From Chrysomallon squamiferum (lineage: Eukaryota; Animalia; Mollusca): a DNA stretch of 64,000 nt. How positions within the stretch are numbered: position 1 is the stretch's first letter; the number at the start of each line of letters is the position of its first letter. Location: positions 4,898,001 to 4,962,000 of the forward strand of contig CM022673.1 in the NCBI GenBank assembly GCA_012295275.1. Reading direction: 5' to 3'. Position numbers and translations under genes: made by a program. The notes under the pieces are model-generated. The model was not told the DNA's origin. It worked only from the letters and a program-made list of their open reading frames with translations, and searched no databases. Of this stretch, positions 13,201 to 28,200 are shown in pieces.

Positions 13201-16200
13201 ACAGGTGCAGGATTTGACAGAACAACTTCAGAACCGAATAGAGATACAAGAGGAAATCCTGCAAAGAGCAGAAAGATTTCAGAAGGATCTGCAGGATAAG
13301 GAGCTGGCTGCTAAGGAGATGAAGGAGTGGGCTGGCCAGCTAGAGCAGAACCTGGAGGAGAAAGAAAAGTTTGAGTTACAACTAAAACAGGTATATATTA
13401 GTTAAAGATTACATAGTTGACTCTCATCACCAAAACTACCACCACCCTCATAAAATAGGAACAAAAAGAAATAAAAAAAGAAACACCAAGAAGAAAAAAA
13501 AGAAAAGAAAAAAAACCTTTTAAAATTCCTTCAAAACAAATGATTTCTTTTGCTTGTAGTATTTAATGAAAAATTTGGCTGCAATAGCATGAAAACAGGA
13601 CATTAAGTTGCTTTAATAAAACGTGGAATCTTTCAAAAAAAAAAAAAAAAAAAAATACCTTGGAGATCATTTCATATATAAAAATTTTGATTAATTAATA
13701 TTTTTATCTGTTTTTACTATTTTCCTTTTATTTTTATTTATTTATCAATTTTTATTGATTTTTTATAGTGTTTTAACTGTTTTATCACATATCCATAAAT
13801 ATTAATCTGATTAAAAAAGCAAAACAAGACTAAAACCAATGATATTTTTATCTTTCTATGCTTCAGAAAATTGAAAGACTTGAATCTCAGCTTGCCCAGC
13901 AGCCAGACATAGAACTCTCAGAAACTGTGATGTCTTTGACAGCTGATTCAGATGAGTTTGGTAGCCCAAACATCCTTTCTCCAGTGAGGAGAACTCCCGC
14001 CCAGAGAATCATGACCCTGGAAGATGAACTGAAAAAATACAAGAAAACAGAAGAGGTATTTCAGTCTTGAAAGTAACCTTGCAAAATATATGTATCATGT
14101 TTTGAATGTTGAGATCCTTAAATAATTTATAACTTTTTGAATGTCGTGTGTATCTCGAGTTTTAAATTGTAATATCAAAGAAAAAAAAAAGAAGAAAAAA
14201 TCAGTGAAATGCATCTAAAAGGTTTATAATTTTCTGTGCTCTATCTTGAATTTGAAAAAGGCAAAATGCTCCTTCCAGAACATAACCCATTCTTTATACC
14301 TACATCATATTTCTGTGTTTCCAGTCCAATAATTTATTAATTAAATAGTCTTAACAATACAAAATAAGCTACTTTATTTCAGTTGTTTTCTCGATTTGTA
14401 TTATTATTATTATTTTTTTTTTTTGGGGGGGGGTTTCAGTAAACACATGGACTCATTTTTTTCTTGAAAACATTTTTGATGGAAAGGCAAAAAGACAAAT
14501 TTAAACAGTATTTCAAATAGTTACATTTTCTTTCAGGATCTGATGCTAGAAAAAGATGCTCTACAAAGAACGGTACAGGAACAGCTGCTGCAGATCTCAG
14601 CTTTGCGAAACCAGCTGGATGACATGAGACACTACGGCAGTGACACAAACACCAGCCACGGATCTCACACAGCAGAGTTACGAGAACAGCTTCAGTCAGC
14701 CAGAGACGCACTGGAGAAAAAAGAACAAGAAGTACATGTTACTTGATATAGAAAGATTTGTGATATATTTTTAACAGAAAAAATAAAAATAAAATAGTCA
14801 TCTTGGTAAGGGATTGTAAAATTACAGTAATATTATGTGAAAGAATGAGAGTGAGTGAGGAAATAAGTAAGAGTGAGTAAGAGGGAAATACAGGTAGAGA
14901 CAAACAGAAAGACAGAGAAAGAGCTAGAGATAGAAAAATAAAGAGATACAGAGAAACGAGAGAGAGAGAGAGAGAGTATGAATGGAAGAAGGAGAGAATA
15001 ACATGCAACAAATCACATAGCTGTGTAATTTAATAAGAAACTGAAAAATCAGAATTTACTATTTCAAAAAGGAATTCACTTTACTTATAGATAATTGCCA
15101 CTGGTCTTGCTTTACACTAATAATACTTCTTCTGTTTAAGGTTTCTGTGTTGGAAGAGGAGCTGGAACGAATGAAGAAACAGTTCAGTGACAGAGAAACT
15201 GAAATAAACAAACTGCTAGCAAAACTAGAAAAAGATGCACAGCCTGTGTCGCCTGTTACAGAAGACATAGAAAAACTTAGAAAACTGGAACATGAAAATG
15301 AAACTCTGAAGGTATTAATTTTAATTTTCTTTAATATCAGTATCATCATGGCCTCAGTATGGATGACAGAACATTTTAGTCTCTATGCTTCTTTGAGATT
15401 TTGTTACAATCAGATAGCTGTGCAGTAAAATATATATTAAAAATCTTCAACTTAGGTACCAAGATAAAATGTTTTAGAGATCATTTAAAAAATTAAAAAC
15501 AGTCACTTGGAAATATATTAAGTATATTTAAAGAATTTAAGAATTTGTTGCTGCACATTGTATTATTTAATTAAACAGTTGTCATATTTGAAAATAAGAT
15601 GTCAGTTTTAACCTCTTTTGTACCAATAATGGTCATCACCACTGAATAGAAAATAGTCAGCTGCAGTAGAGGTAGACAGAACTCGGGTATCATCATACTA
15701 TCAAAATCAAATACAGTACAGTGGAGGTTCTGTTACAACTAATTAATATTAATATTAAAGCTGTTACTTAGGTACTTGGGAAGTCGAAACAGTGTCTATT
15801 ACTTGACAGTACTCAAAAGTTTAATTAAAATGTTTTCTTTCTTCAAGAATCAGCTAGATAGTTTTCATGAGAATTCCGATGGCAGTGACATCCTGTCTCA
15901 GCTGGCAGACAACCTGCTGAAAGAGAAAAACAGTGAGATAGATGAGCTGAGTGAACAGATTAACCAGTTACAAGTCGCCCTGGAGGCGAGAGAGGCCAGT
16001 GGTGAAGGGTCTGAGGTAAATACTAGTAAAATTATACAGTGTTTTGACTGCAGATGAAAATATATGATTGCTGATATTCGTGTATCAATGCATTCATAAT
16101 AATGAAATAATGTAAATGTAAATAAATACAAAAGATAAAAAAGATGACATCAGTTTTGAAAGAAAAACAAATGATAACAACACCGTAGCATATATTTTCA

Positions 16201-19200
16201 CACAAAAGTTGATGTGCACACATACACATGCATGTACACATGCACATGTGTAAAGACTCAAACATACAAAATTATTAATTAAAAAAGGAAATCATAATAA
16301 GTGGAAAGGAGCTAAGCTAGATTCCACAAGTTACATTATGATTTTTTTTTTTTTTTTAATTGCAGTTATGTTTTGCATTGCTTTCCCAAAACACAGCACT
16401 TTTATTTTCCAACATAATACATCAAACTCAATAAAGAATGCTTTCTTTGATGTTTTAATTTTTTTTAGACATTACATTTATTGCAATTTTTTAATTTTAT
16501 GTATTTATAATATTTAAATTTTTCTATTTTAACCAGGCAATAGAAAAACTTAGAGAACAGCTACGTATGAAAGATGAATCAATTGCAGAACTTCAAGCTT
16601 CCATTCAGAATCTAACTAGTGAACAGTTTTCTGGGGATGTGTCACTTACAGAGATTGATCACAAACTGTTTAGTGTTTCTTTGACAGGAAAGGTAAATAG
16701 GAAAAAAAGATTTGTTTAAAATAAGTTTGTATTGACATTATGTACATCCGTCATGTTATTTTGTAACAGTTGTAACACAGAGAAAATGACTACCTCCAGC
16801 ACCATGCTGTCTACTTCTTTTACCACCAAGGATTCTTTTATGTACACTTTTCCTAAGATAAAAAAAATTATATTCATTATCATATCCAGTACAATAACAA
16901 ATTTTGAAAAATATTTAAAATTCAGAAAAAAAAAAAAATCCATCGACATGTTTTTAAACAATATTTTCTCTAGCTTTATATGCATATTTTTAATAAATAT
17001 TTTGCAGATATCTGTCTTTTTTGGATAACAGAGATATAATAAATACTGGTATACATTCTTGTACTCATGTGTATATTTATGCTTTAATCACAGGCCACTC
17101 TGCAGCAAGAGTTAGAAGAGTCAGCAGCACAGTTAAAGACTTTTGAAGAGAAAGAAGCTCAGACTGAAGAGAAAGAAAAAGATGAATCAATGGACCTCTC
17201 CACTCTTCAAGCAGAAATCAGTGAACTTAGAACGTTGCTATCACAGGCTGAAACAGCAAGAGAAGAGCTGATAAAGACATTACAGGCAGCAGAAGAAGAA
17301 AAAACTGACATCCAGTCACAACTGGTTGAAAAAGAAAGGGAAATAACTCAACTGCAGGAAGATATTGAAGTGAAACACTCAACTGTTGAACAGATGACAG
17401 CTCAGATTGACAGTTTGCAAGAAGAGATTAATTCATTGACTAATTTCCAGGTGAGAGGAAAATCTTAGTCTTTTTTGAATGTTAAAAAATGCCATTATGG
17501 AATGTGTTTCTTGGTGAATGCATTTAGAAAGTAGTATTGGTAATAATTACTCATAAAACAATGTAAAACTATATCAGTTAATTAATTAAACATGGAGAAT
17601 AAGAAAAAATGGCTTTAAATTTTTTCATATAATAATAATAATATAATTGCCTAAATATAAAAAGTACAGAACTTAAAGTCTTTGTTTACATAGAAAGTTA
17701 GAATTTTCAGTATGCAAAAACTTTATTTTTTATTTTAAACATCATTAGAAATTACTCTACTTACACATCTCTAGCAATTAAAAGGTTTATTATATAATAT
17801 TCATCAATTATTATTTTAAAAACTGAAAGTGAAAGAAATTAAATTTTCTTTTAAATATGGATTATTCTAAAGCTATTTATATTTAGCCAAGGGTTAGTAA
17901 AATATTTTGAATGTTTCATTGAATCTGCCTATCAGAAACATAATTTTAAAGGTATTATAAAAAGAAAAAGGAAAATATTGAATTTCTTTAAAATTGTTTT
18001 GTAGAATTCTAAAAGTGATCAGGTTTGCTTTTTTTATATACTTACATTATTAAGAAAAAATCTCCTTAAATAGTTAACCATTTTTTTATTTATTGGTGGA
18101 AGGGTTTAGTTGAAACAGAAATAATCTTCTTTTTCATTTTGTTTCCTTTTTTATTATTTTATTTTAATTTTTTTCACTGCACATTATTTTTTCATTTATG
18201 TTAATCCCAAGAAAATGTCTGTGCACACACGTTTTAAAATTTCAACACTAATTATTCAGTTTAATTTTTGCTTTTCTTTTTTATCAGTTAAAATATTTTA
18301 TTTTAGACTCCTATTATTTTTATTTTTACTATTTTTAATGGTGAGAGTTCAATAAACTGCATCAATATTTATTTCAAAAAAAAAAAGTGTAAATATATTT
18401 TATAAAAACTTGTTAAAAGTATTTAAATATAAATAAGATGTTAAAACATTTAAATTTTCTTTTCTAAAAGTAAATTTATTAAGTATTGGATTTACAGATT
18501 TTCTTGATATTTGAAAGTTTTTGTTTAACTTCACAAGATATTCTTAAAGTTCATTTAGGATTATTATTTTATTAATCCTGGAGTTAAATTTTAATTTTTA
18601 TTTATTTATTTATTTCTCTGAAATTTTTGTGTAAAAAAAAATTAAAAATAATTCAAAACATCATTAATATTAACATAGATGAGTGAATATACTGATGAAC
18701 TGGGATGATTGTATTTTAATTGTTGTAATTGACAGAATGAACTTCAGCAAGATTTTGACACTGTTCAGTCGATGCTGGAGAACAAACAGCGGGAGATGGA
18801 CTCCTTGTCTCAGGAATTCACAGACTCTCTCCACCCAGTCCCACTCATGTCCAACGAAGAAATCGAGGTCATTTTACATTTGTTTATGCGTTCATGAACA
18901 TATATTTAAAAAACATTTTTAAAATCATATGTATGACTAATGCTAGAAAAACCTCAGGGATTCTAAACTTCTTACATATTTAGGTATTTATTTTTAAAAA
19001 CTCTTTTTGTTATCTCTATTATTAACTTAAAAACTTTTTTTACTGAGGTATTTTTGTAAAATATAAACCATTTAAGTTTTAATTTCAGTTTCTGTTCAAG
19101 TTGTTTTTGTTGGAAGTTTTTTTAAATAAAATTTTGATGAGAATAACACTTCCAGTAAATGGTATTAGTTTTTTAAAATTCAAATTTCTTTATTCTTTGG

Positions 19201-22200
19201 TTACAGCAGTTAGAAAAGGAGGTGAATGAGTTAAGAAAGTCTTTACAAGACAAGAAGAACATCATAGAAGAGAAAGAAGAGGAATTGTATGAACTGAATG
19301 AAAAACTTGAGTTACAGGTAAACAAACAAATGTTTAATTACAAACCCAGCCATTGTTTCATAGTAACAATAATAATATAATAATTTTATAATGAATGTGA
19401 AGTGAATGAACTGACTGAAATAGGTAAATTATTTCAAGTAAATACACCAGTGTTTAACTATAAATCCAAATGTTAATACATGTTAACGGGTGTCATTAAT
19501 TTGATGATGATATTTGAAATACAACTTAGCTCTTCCAAGTACATTTTAAAGCATCACCTTTTCGTCAGGGGAGCACATACCATTTCTTTCATACACTACA
19601 AGTAGTTTCAAGATAAAATGCAAATAATTCAAATTCATTTGATGATTTATTAAATTTACATAAATAGATCATTTTTGTTATATTAACACATGGTAAAATT
19701 TAACGGACATGTATACATTTTTGATTCACTCAGCATGGTAATCTGAGTTGACTGTTTTATTTGTCACATTAATCTATGTTAATTGTTTTGTTAAATAATG
19801 GGAACCTTCATTAGCACATTACCTGAGTTCTAATTATATTTTGTGGCTTTTATCATCTGGAATCCATTAGCAGTGCTTTTGTCAAATGATAAGCACCTTC
19901 TGATTTGATACAAGGAAATTTACATTGGGTACATGCTCATGTTATATATTTTTTAATATACCTAAACATTAAACTGTTAGGTGGTAAACAGGTGGTATAT
20001 TTAGAAATGGCTGGTTTATTTACTGACATACGTTATTACAAGTGTTTTCTTTACACTGCACTTGTTAACTTGTAGATCACATTTCTTATCTTAATTTATG
20101 ATCAGTTACCTATTTCTCTAAGTACATAACAGACATGTAGAGTTGTTTGTATACATAAGGAAAAAATTCCTTTGAGTATTGTATGTTAATATTAAAGCAG
20201 AAATGGATCTAGTGGGAGGAATATTCTCCTTTAAAGAGTGATATGTTTGTCTGAGTGTGTGCATTGCAGAACAAGCATTATTATTATTATTCACTTAAAA
20301 ATAATATCCATCCCATTTAGAACTGAAAAAACCTCAAGTTTAATAATACCATTGCTGGATGTGATAAATATCTTCTGAAGAATAAATATAAGAGCCAATT
20401 TTTAAATTAATACAAAACCTTTAAATTTTAATTGTAATGATTATAACTTTTGAACCTTAAAGTATCATAAATGATTGTATAATTAATTGTATAATTAATG
20501 CTTTCAAAATATGGCTTAATATGAATTATAAGATATTCTATGTCTCAGTTTACTTTTTATAGGTTATATTTATTAAATACAGTATACTGTAGGAACCTTA
20601 CCAACCTTTTTTATTTCCTAATTTATAGCCACTATACATTTTTCCTGTGTTGATTTTAATATTCTGCTAGGAGTGGTGTGTTTGCTTGAATAATTCTGTA
20701 AGCACAGTAAATGTGGAATGGGCTTGATTGTTTTTTTTTATGGATATATTGGTCACTGGGACACTTCTGATTCTAGTTTGGTTGTGTGTAGGTATTTGTT
20801 TGCGTTCTTGAAGGAACTTTGCAGAAATTTAATTCCTTACATACAGTTTCAGTGTGTTAAATTGTTTTGCCTGTTAAACTGGAATTGACACACATAAAAA
20901 AAAAAAAAAATATTACAGAATATTCATTTGACATTCTTTTCTTTTAATCTTTTCCTTCTTTTTTTTAACTTATTTTGTTTTTTTCTTTTCTTTTTTTTTC
21001 TTTTACAAAAGTGCATAAAAATTGTTCCCATAAACAAATGCTTAAATAATAATTTTTTTTTATATAAATCTGTTGAAAAGTATGTTAAAAATGTTTTGAA
21101 TCTAAACATTTTGTTTTGAATATATAATTTTTCTCAAATTTTCATTATTTTCTTCTTCCCTTTTGTAAGATGTGGCACTTCATATAGGCATTTTTCTTTG
21201 TTTGGTTGGTTGTTGTTTTGTTTTTTAAAATTATTGAATTACTATACTAGATGCTTGTATAAGATAATTTATTTTTAAAATCTGTTTAAAATTTTAATAT
21301 GTGACAGGAATCACTATCAGCCGAACTTGCCAAGGTACGACAGACTCTGGATGAGACAGAAGAACATCTTAAACAAGAACAACAACTCCGTGAGCAGATT
21401 TCAAAACAGTATGAAGAGTTAGAGCAGCAGAGCATCAATAAAACAGACAGTGAGAAAGAAGACCAGAAGATAAAACTTGCAGATGCTGAAAATAAAATTA
21501 CAGATATTGAAAATAAACTTGCAGATACTGAAAACAAATTGACAGAGATGCAGGTGAAGCTTGCCGAGACAGAAACTGTTCTCAAAGAAACACAGGAGTC
21601 ATTGGCTGAAAAAGAAGAGATCATCAAAGAGAAGGAGATTTTTGAACTCTTACAGAAGGTTGAGGAGGACCACCAGGAGGATCTGCAACAAGCTCAGCAG
21701 CTGAGAGAATCAGAACAGCAGGATATCTGTGAAGAACTGAAGTCACAGATTTCTCAACTAGAACAGAAATTGAAGGAGAATAAAGATCTTCAAGAAAATC
21801 TGGAACAGAAACTGGAGGAAAAGAATGAAGAACTACAAGAAAAAAGTAAAGAGCTGCAGGAAAAGATTGAGCAGCTGCAGGAAAAAAGCAAGGAACTGCC
21901 TGAGACAAGTGAGACTCTAGAGAAGGAGCTACAAGAAAAGAATGAAGAGCTAGAGGAAAACATTAAAGAGCAACAGAATCTGGAAGCAGAAAAAGAAAAA
22001 TATTCAGCATTAGTAAAGTCATACACTGACTTACAGGAGAAGTTAGAGTCTCAGGAATTGCTGTGTGATGAGTATGCCACAGAAAGGACTGAACTGGAAA
22101 CAAAGATTAAGCTGAAAGAGGAACAGATAGAGAAGCTGTATAAAGAGAAAACTGAAATTGAAGAAAAACTAAAAGCCAAAGAGCAGGAGTGTATTCAGCT

Positions 22201-25200
22201 TCAGAGAGAACTTCAGGAAATCAGAACACAGGAGCATGTTCAGTCTCAACAATCGGAGGACGTTGAAAGTAGAACATCTCAGGAATTTGTAAGTCAAACT
22301 GTTCTGCTGGAAAAAGAGGAAAACATTGGAATGTTGAGTTCAGAACTGACAGATTTATCCAGACAGTTGAAAGAAGCACAAGAGAGAGTGGATCAGGCAT
22401 CAGCAATGCTTGCAGAAAGAGAGGCACAAATAACACAGCTTCAGGCTGAATTGCTGGTGGCATCCAATGGTTCACAGGTAAATCTTGAGCAAATGATAAT
22501 AACTGATTAATGAGATTTCATAAAATACCTTTGGATGAACATGAGAAAATGAATGAATGTGTATGTACAAGTCTGAAGTGAGAGTACATACTGGGTGTTT
22601 TGTTCATTTTTCAGTGTGGATGCTAGTGAGTAGTGTGCACTGTTTGCTAGTGCCTGTAAACAGAAAAATGCATTTTTTAAGAACACTCTGCATCTTTTAT
22701 ATATAAACCAATTTCTAATACTGATATTATTAATTATTATTATTCATCGTCATAAATAAATGATTAAATGACAGGTTTATTAGGAAATGACATTTACAAT
22801 GAAAATTAATTACAGAAGTCTGACAGGTGTTTAGTTTTCATTTTTTTTTTTTTTTTTTGCTCTGCTATATTCTGATTCTAATAGTGGAGAAGTTAATCTC
22901 TATCTTTTAAAGTGTAAAGTAATAAAGAAACTCATTTTTTTTATGAACCTGCAGATCATTATTTAATTATTCACATATTGTACTTTTTACTCTTTTCTTT
23001 TAGGAAACTTATGTTTTATTAATAATAAATTATAATCTGTTTAATATCTTGGAAATATTTGTTTTCTTAATAATGCATTGTTCCATTTCAGCAGGAATTT
23101 TCTTCCCAGGATATTGCAGACCTTAAATCAAAAGTCAGAGAGAAAGAAGAACAAATAACAAATCTGAAGGTGTCTTTGACACTGTCGGAACAAGATCTGA
23201 CAAGCAAAAATGAAAGACTGGAGCAACTCGAAGCAAAATGTAAATCTTTAACTGAGGAACTGACAGAAGCAAGACAACAACATTCCTTCACTGAATCAAC
23301 TACTCGAGATTTGTCAAACTTCCATTCTGACATCCGACTAGCTCGGTCAGAGTCTGAGCCAGCACTGGACAGCTGGAGAAGAAGCAGTTCTGAGTTCTTG
23401 TCCAGAATGAACCAGGTTGAAGCACTGACCATGCAGCAGAAGATGGAACTGGCAGAGAAGAATCGCCAGTTGCGTCTTGTTCGTGATCAGATGGAACTGT
23501 GGCTGGCCAAAGGTCAGCAGGATCAAGGTGATGTGAAAGCTCTGATAATGAAGTTGACCACCGAGTTGAAGGTAATGTGGTTTTTAAAAATATTATTTCA
23601 TAATTTCTGTTTTACTTGTCATCATTAAAGTTTTGTCTTTAGTTTTTATTATTATTATTTTTTTTGATGGAAAACCCTTTTTGTTTGTTTGCATGATGAA
23701 TATTTTAACATTTTATATTAAACTGTTGTATTAAATTGAATTAGAATAAGATTAAATTCTTAGATGTTGATTTAGTTTTACTGATATATTTATTTAATGA
23801 GCACTTGATATATATGCAAGACTGTCAGTACAATCAATACAAGAATGAAATCAAACTTCGGGATATTCTGGAAGACTGTTAAAGAATATCCATTTTTACC
23901 AAAACTTACAAACACTAAGGGTTTTAAAATTTGGTTATAAAATACATTTTTTAATTTAATTTTGTGGGTTTTGTTCTAGTGGTTTATTATCAATTTTTCT
24001 TATTATAATTTATTTTTTTTAAATTATTTTATTTATTTTTTTAATTATTGTTATTTTAAATTTAATCTTAACACAATATTATTTAACTGTACATACGTTA
24101 TAAACTTGAAAACATTCCTGTGAATAAATGTTGATAAATCTGCTTTCTACAGAATGTATCAGAACCAGCAACTGAGTCTACACAAGTGGTAAACATTTCT
24201 AATAGTTTGTTTTTCTTTTTTTTAAACAAAAATAATGGAAAGAAACACACCTTTTGATTATGTTTAAGACCACTTCACTGTAAACATATTTAATATAAAG
24301 AGTACAAAATGTGGAATAATTGTTTAATAGTTGTTTTTATTTATTTCTTTATTTATTTATTAATTTATAAATTTATAATTTTAATATTTTTAATTATTAT
24401 TTATTATTACTTTTATTACTAGTATTATATATTCATTTAGTTAGTTAGTTTTGGGGAAGGGGTTAAGAAAGAAGTAGTAAAAAGTAGAAATTAAATGAAG
24501 ATTTTTTTTACAATTCAGACAAAGAAAAGTTCTTGTTTATGGAGGGGGGAGGAAACCAAAACAAACTTAACCAGTAAATGATAATAAAACAACACAACAA
24601 CCCAAGTAATTTATTGAAAACTGAAACTGAGATATAATCACTGAGGTCTGTTTCTTTTCATTTCATATTGCTTCAACATTTTGTTGTCGCTTCAACATTT
24701 TGTTGTTGCTAGTTATTTTATTATTATTTATTATTTATTATTATTTATTTACTATTTTTTGTTTGTTATATCTTTCCAACTGGAATGCTTGGCTTGCAAG
24801 TTGATTTATGATAGTTTTAGAATTTAATAATTTGTCACGTTAAAACAAAGAATTGTTGGTGTTCTAGCCAGATGGGAGGAGTATACAGTACTGAATAGTT
24901 TGCTGTGTTGAGCAGGAATCTGGTTTGCTGTCAGCTATTGGTTGTTGGATACTAATGAAACATTTGTAACATTAAGTTTTATTGGCTGTGATTCAAGATT
25001 TATAACTGATTTTATGCTGAACTTGCCAAAAAATGTTTGGCCTTTGTATATGAATACCTTATTCATGGGTTAATTCAAAATTTAAAAAGTAAAAAAAAAA
25101 ATTAATAAATAAATAATAATAAAATCAAAAATCTTCTGAATAAAAGGAGTTGGGAATGTTTTAAAAAAAAGATGTAGAAGAAGAAGAATAGAAAAACTAG

Positions 25201-28200
25201 AGAAAATCTGATGAGTATTTTCCTTTCTTTTATAGCTTTAGAGACTAACACAATTTATTTTTTATTTATTAAGCATTTTACAAATATTTATTTATATAAT
25301 CTTTTTTATTACATGCTCAAAATATATAAAATAATTTATTATGAATGTCATCTTTGATTTTTCAAATGTTGTATTAGCATGATACAGAATATAACAGTTT
25401 TTGATCGTTTGGTTGAATGATATATTTTTGAAAAGCAAATAAAACCCTTCCATTTATTTCCATTTTATCTTTAGAATTTTATATCTGATGAAATCATTCC
25501 TGGAATTGCTAAAAAAATTTTTTTTAAAAATCGTTTTTCGTTTTGTTTTTTGTTTTTGTTTATTGAATTGTGAAAATATTTAAAAAGATAAATATTCATA
25601 CTATAATAAAAGGAATTAACAAAAATTATTTTTATTTTAACAGACATTAGGAACTGTTTTGTAGATTTGTATTTATCTATTTATGTATTTGTTTGTTTAT
25701 TTATATTTTTCTGGCTAGAACACTTCCAAGCATAATCCCACAGTGAAAAATTATTCTTTATAATTATTTATCTTTTATTATTAATTAATTTATTTATTAT
25801 TATTGTTATTATTAAATAATTGTTTATTTATTATTAATTATTATTATTATTACTACTAAATTTTTTATATTATTTATTTATAAGGATGTGGGAGAAATGT
25901 TGCATGATGACATTCATGATTCAAGAATGGGGTGGGGTTGATATTATAAAATAATAAAAATAAACAGAGAACATTACACTTTCTGAATTATTTAAGCATG
26001 ATTTATTACATACAGGCTGGAATTGTGATGTATTGTTTCTGTGCATGCAATTGTTATTCACACGAGGAAAATTGTATGTGTGGGAATATTGGTCTGTTTG
26101 TAATGTCTGAATGTTTTCACAGTTTCTTCACACTATGGATGGCATGGTTAAAGCAGACATGGTTCTTATGTCCACAGAAATATGAATATTTTACACAATA
26201 GATGTCATTTCACCTTATTATTATCATTATTGTTAATGTAAAATATATTTATTGTAGATGTTCATGCAAGTCAGTAATAAAAATATTTTCATTTAAAAAG
26301 TTTGAGTTAAAATATGCATATGATCCAAAATCATTCTGAAACAATTTTAATAATCAGTGTATATCATTATTAGTAAATTTATACTTAATGAAACAGTATC
26401 GATACAATTACATTAAAGGCTGAAATACTGTAGATATCATTTAATTGCCCAATTCAGTGAAAACTTCTCCATGATCCTATGAAATTTATCAATTTTGATT
26501 TACTTTTCTGAATGTTTAGAACATATGTTACTTCTTACTTTTCTCTGTTTGTTTAATGATTCCATTTACTAATTCTTTGAAATGTAGTGTTTGTAGTGCT
26601 CATATTAACATTGTTCTTTTTCTAGTTCAGTTTGCAGTGAGTTTTAATGGTATACATTTTTATCTGATGGAAAAAATTACCTGATTGATGTGAATTTATA
26701 ATCTTTTCTTCTTGATTTTTTGAAAGATATTTATTTATTTATTAGCTGTATGTTTTGTTTTTCATTTATTTTAATTTCAAATATTTTATTGAAACCATTA
26801 ACTCATTCATCTGTCACTCTATTCATCCATCAAGTTTTGTTAAAACTTATTTTCTTTTTCAGATTGTTTAGCATAGATGGACTATGCTTTAATTGTGAAT
26901 TATTATTATGATTATTTATTTATTTATTTTAATCTATACATCTTTATTATTTGTGAAAACAGCTGACAAATAGTATAGTTTATTATAATTTAGACCTTTT
27001 GAAAAACTGTATTTTTTTATTTAAAATTTTGTTACTTTTGCAGTTGTTTTATTTATTATTCATGCACTTAAACAAAAATAAATCTCAAATTGGCTCTTTG
27101 TTTGAAATTATGATTGCTGAAAACATTGTACTGACTATAAAATCAGCATCATTTGGAGCTATAAAAATATTTTAATCTAAATACCTAAATTAATGAAAAT
27201 GTTAAAATCAGAAGTGCAGTTCATATATATTTTTTCATTTTTATACTGTCAAAAAAAAAAAAAAAGGCATTTTTATTCAGAAATAAGCAAATTTTTCATT
27301 GTTTTTTTTTTGTGTGTGTGGAGGTATTGATAGTTTGTTTTATTATTATCTTTTTTCAAGGTTTTTTTTAATATTTTTTTTTTATTGTGTGACATAACTT
27401 TTAATATTTATTTTAGATTTTTTTAAAATAAGATTTATATGATTTTCATTTATTTTAGGAAAAGGAGAGGGAACTAAGACAATCGCAGCGTGAGATCAAA
27501 ACTGCCGAGCGAACTCTTCAACTGCAGCGGACTGAGATCACCGAACTCCGCAGCAGTAACGAGAACCTTCGACACGAGTGGATTGAGAGGGACGTCGAAG
27601 TGTCGCGAAGTGAACAGCACATCCTCCACCTGAAGAGCAAACTGAGAAAAGCCCAGTCGTCACTGGCGGAGCTGGGTAACCAGAGTGCAAACAACAACAA
27701 CCCCCCACCAGATGGGAACGAAAGTGGGGACTTCGCAATGCCGTACATGGTGGATGACGAGGAAGTTGAAAAACTCAAACAGGAACTCACTGATCTGAGA
27801 AATGAAAACAAAATATTACGGAATACAGCTCCAATGTCAACTCAGGAATTTGTTAAGGTTTGTTCTGCTCTGTGTTTTTTGAATAAATTTTCTAAATAAA
27901 AACAACAATAAAAAGTATGTTCTTTCCTCCCTGTCCCTCAACCCTTAAATATAAGAGCATTTCATAGTTTTACTAGGCTTTTTTATTTTTTATTATTTAT
28001 TTATTTATTTATTTTGTTTATTTATTTATTTTATATATCTACATGTATATATATTTATACAATATATATATAATCTTGTTATGTTAGGAAAGTGATAGTT
28101 GGGAATTTCAGGTGAGCCTTTTAAAAAAATCAAATAAATTACATTATTTTGAAACTCTTGCATGACTTACAATTAACATGTTTAATGTGATAAGAATTTA

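Noticed and set aside
21286-23432. Minus-strand Ser/Phe/Leu-rich ORFs
   Set aside because: Antisense shadows of E/K/Q-rich coiled-coil exons
25719-25742. 24-nt symmetric microexon (NTSKHNPT)
   Set aside because: Donor aca|gtgaaa is weak and there are no supporting motifs
25885-25935. Exon-like stretch DVGEMLHDDIHDSRM
   Set aside because: No phase-compatible donor; the frame runs into TGA
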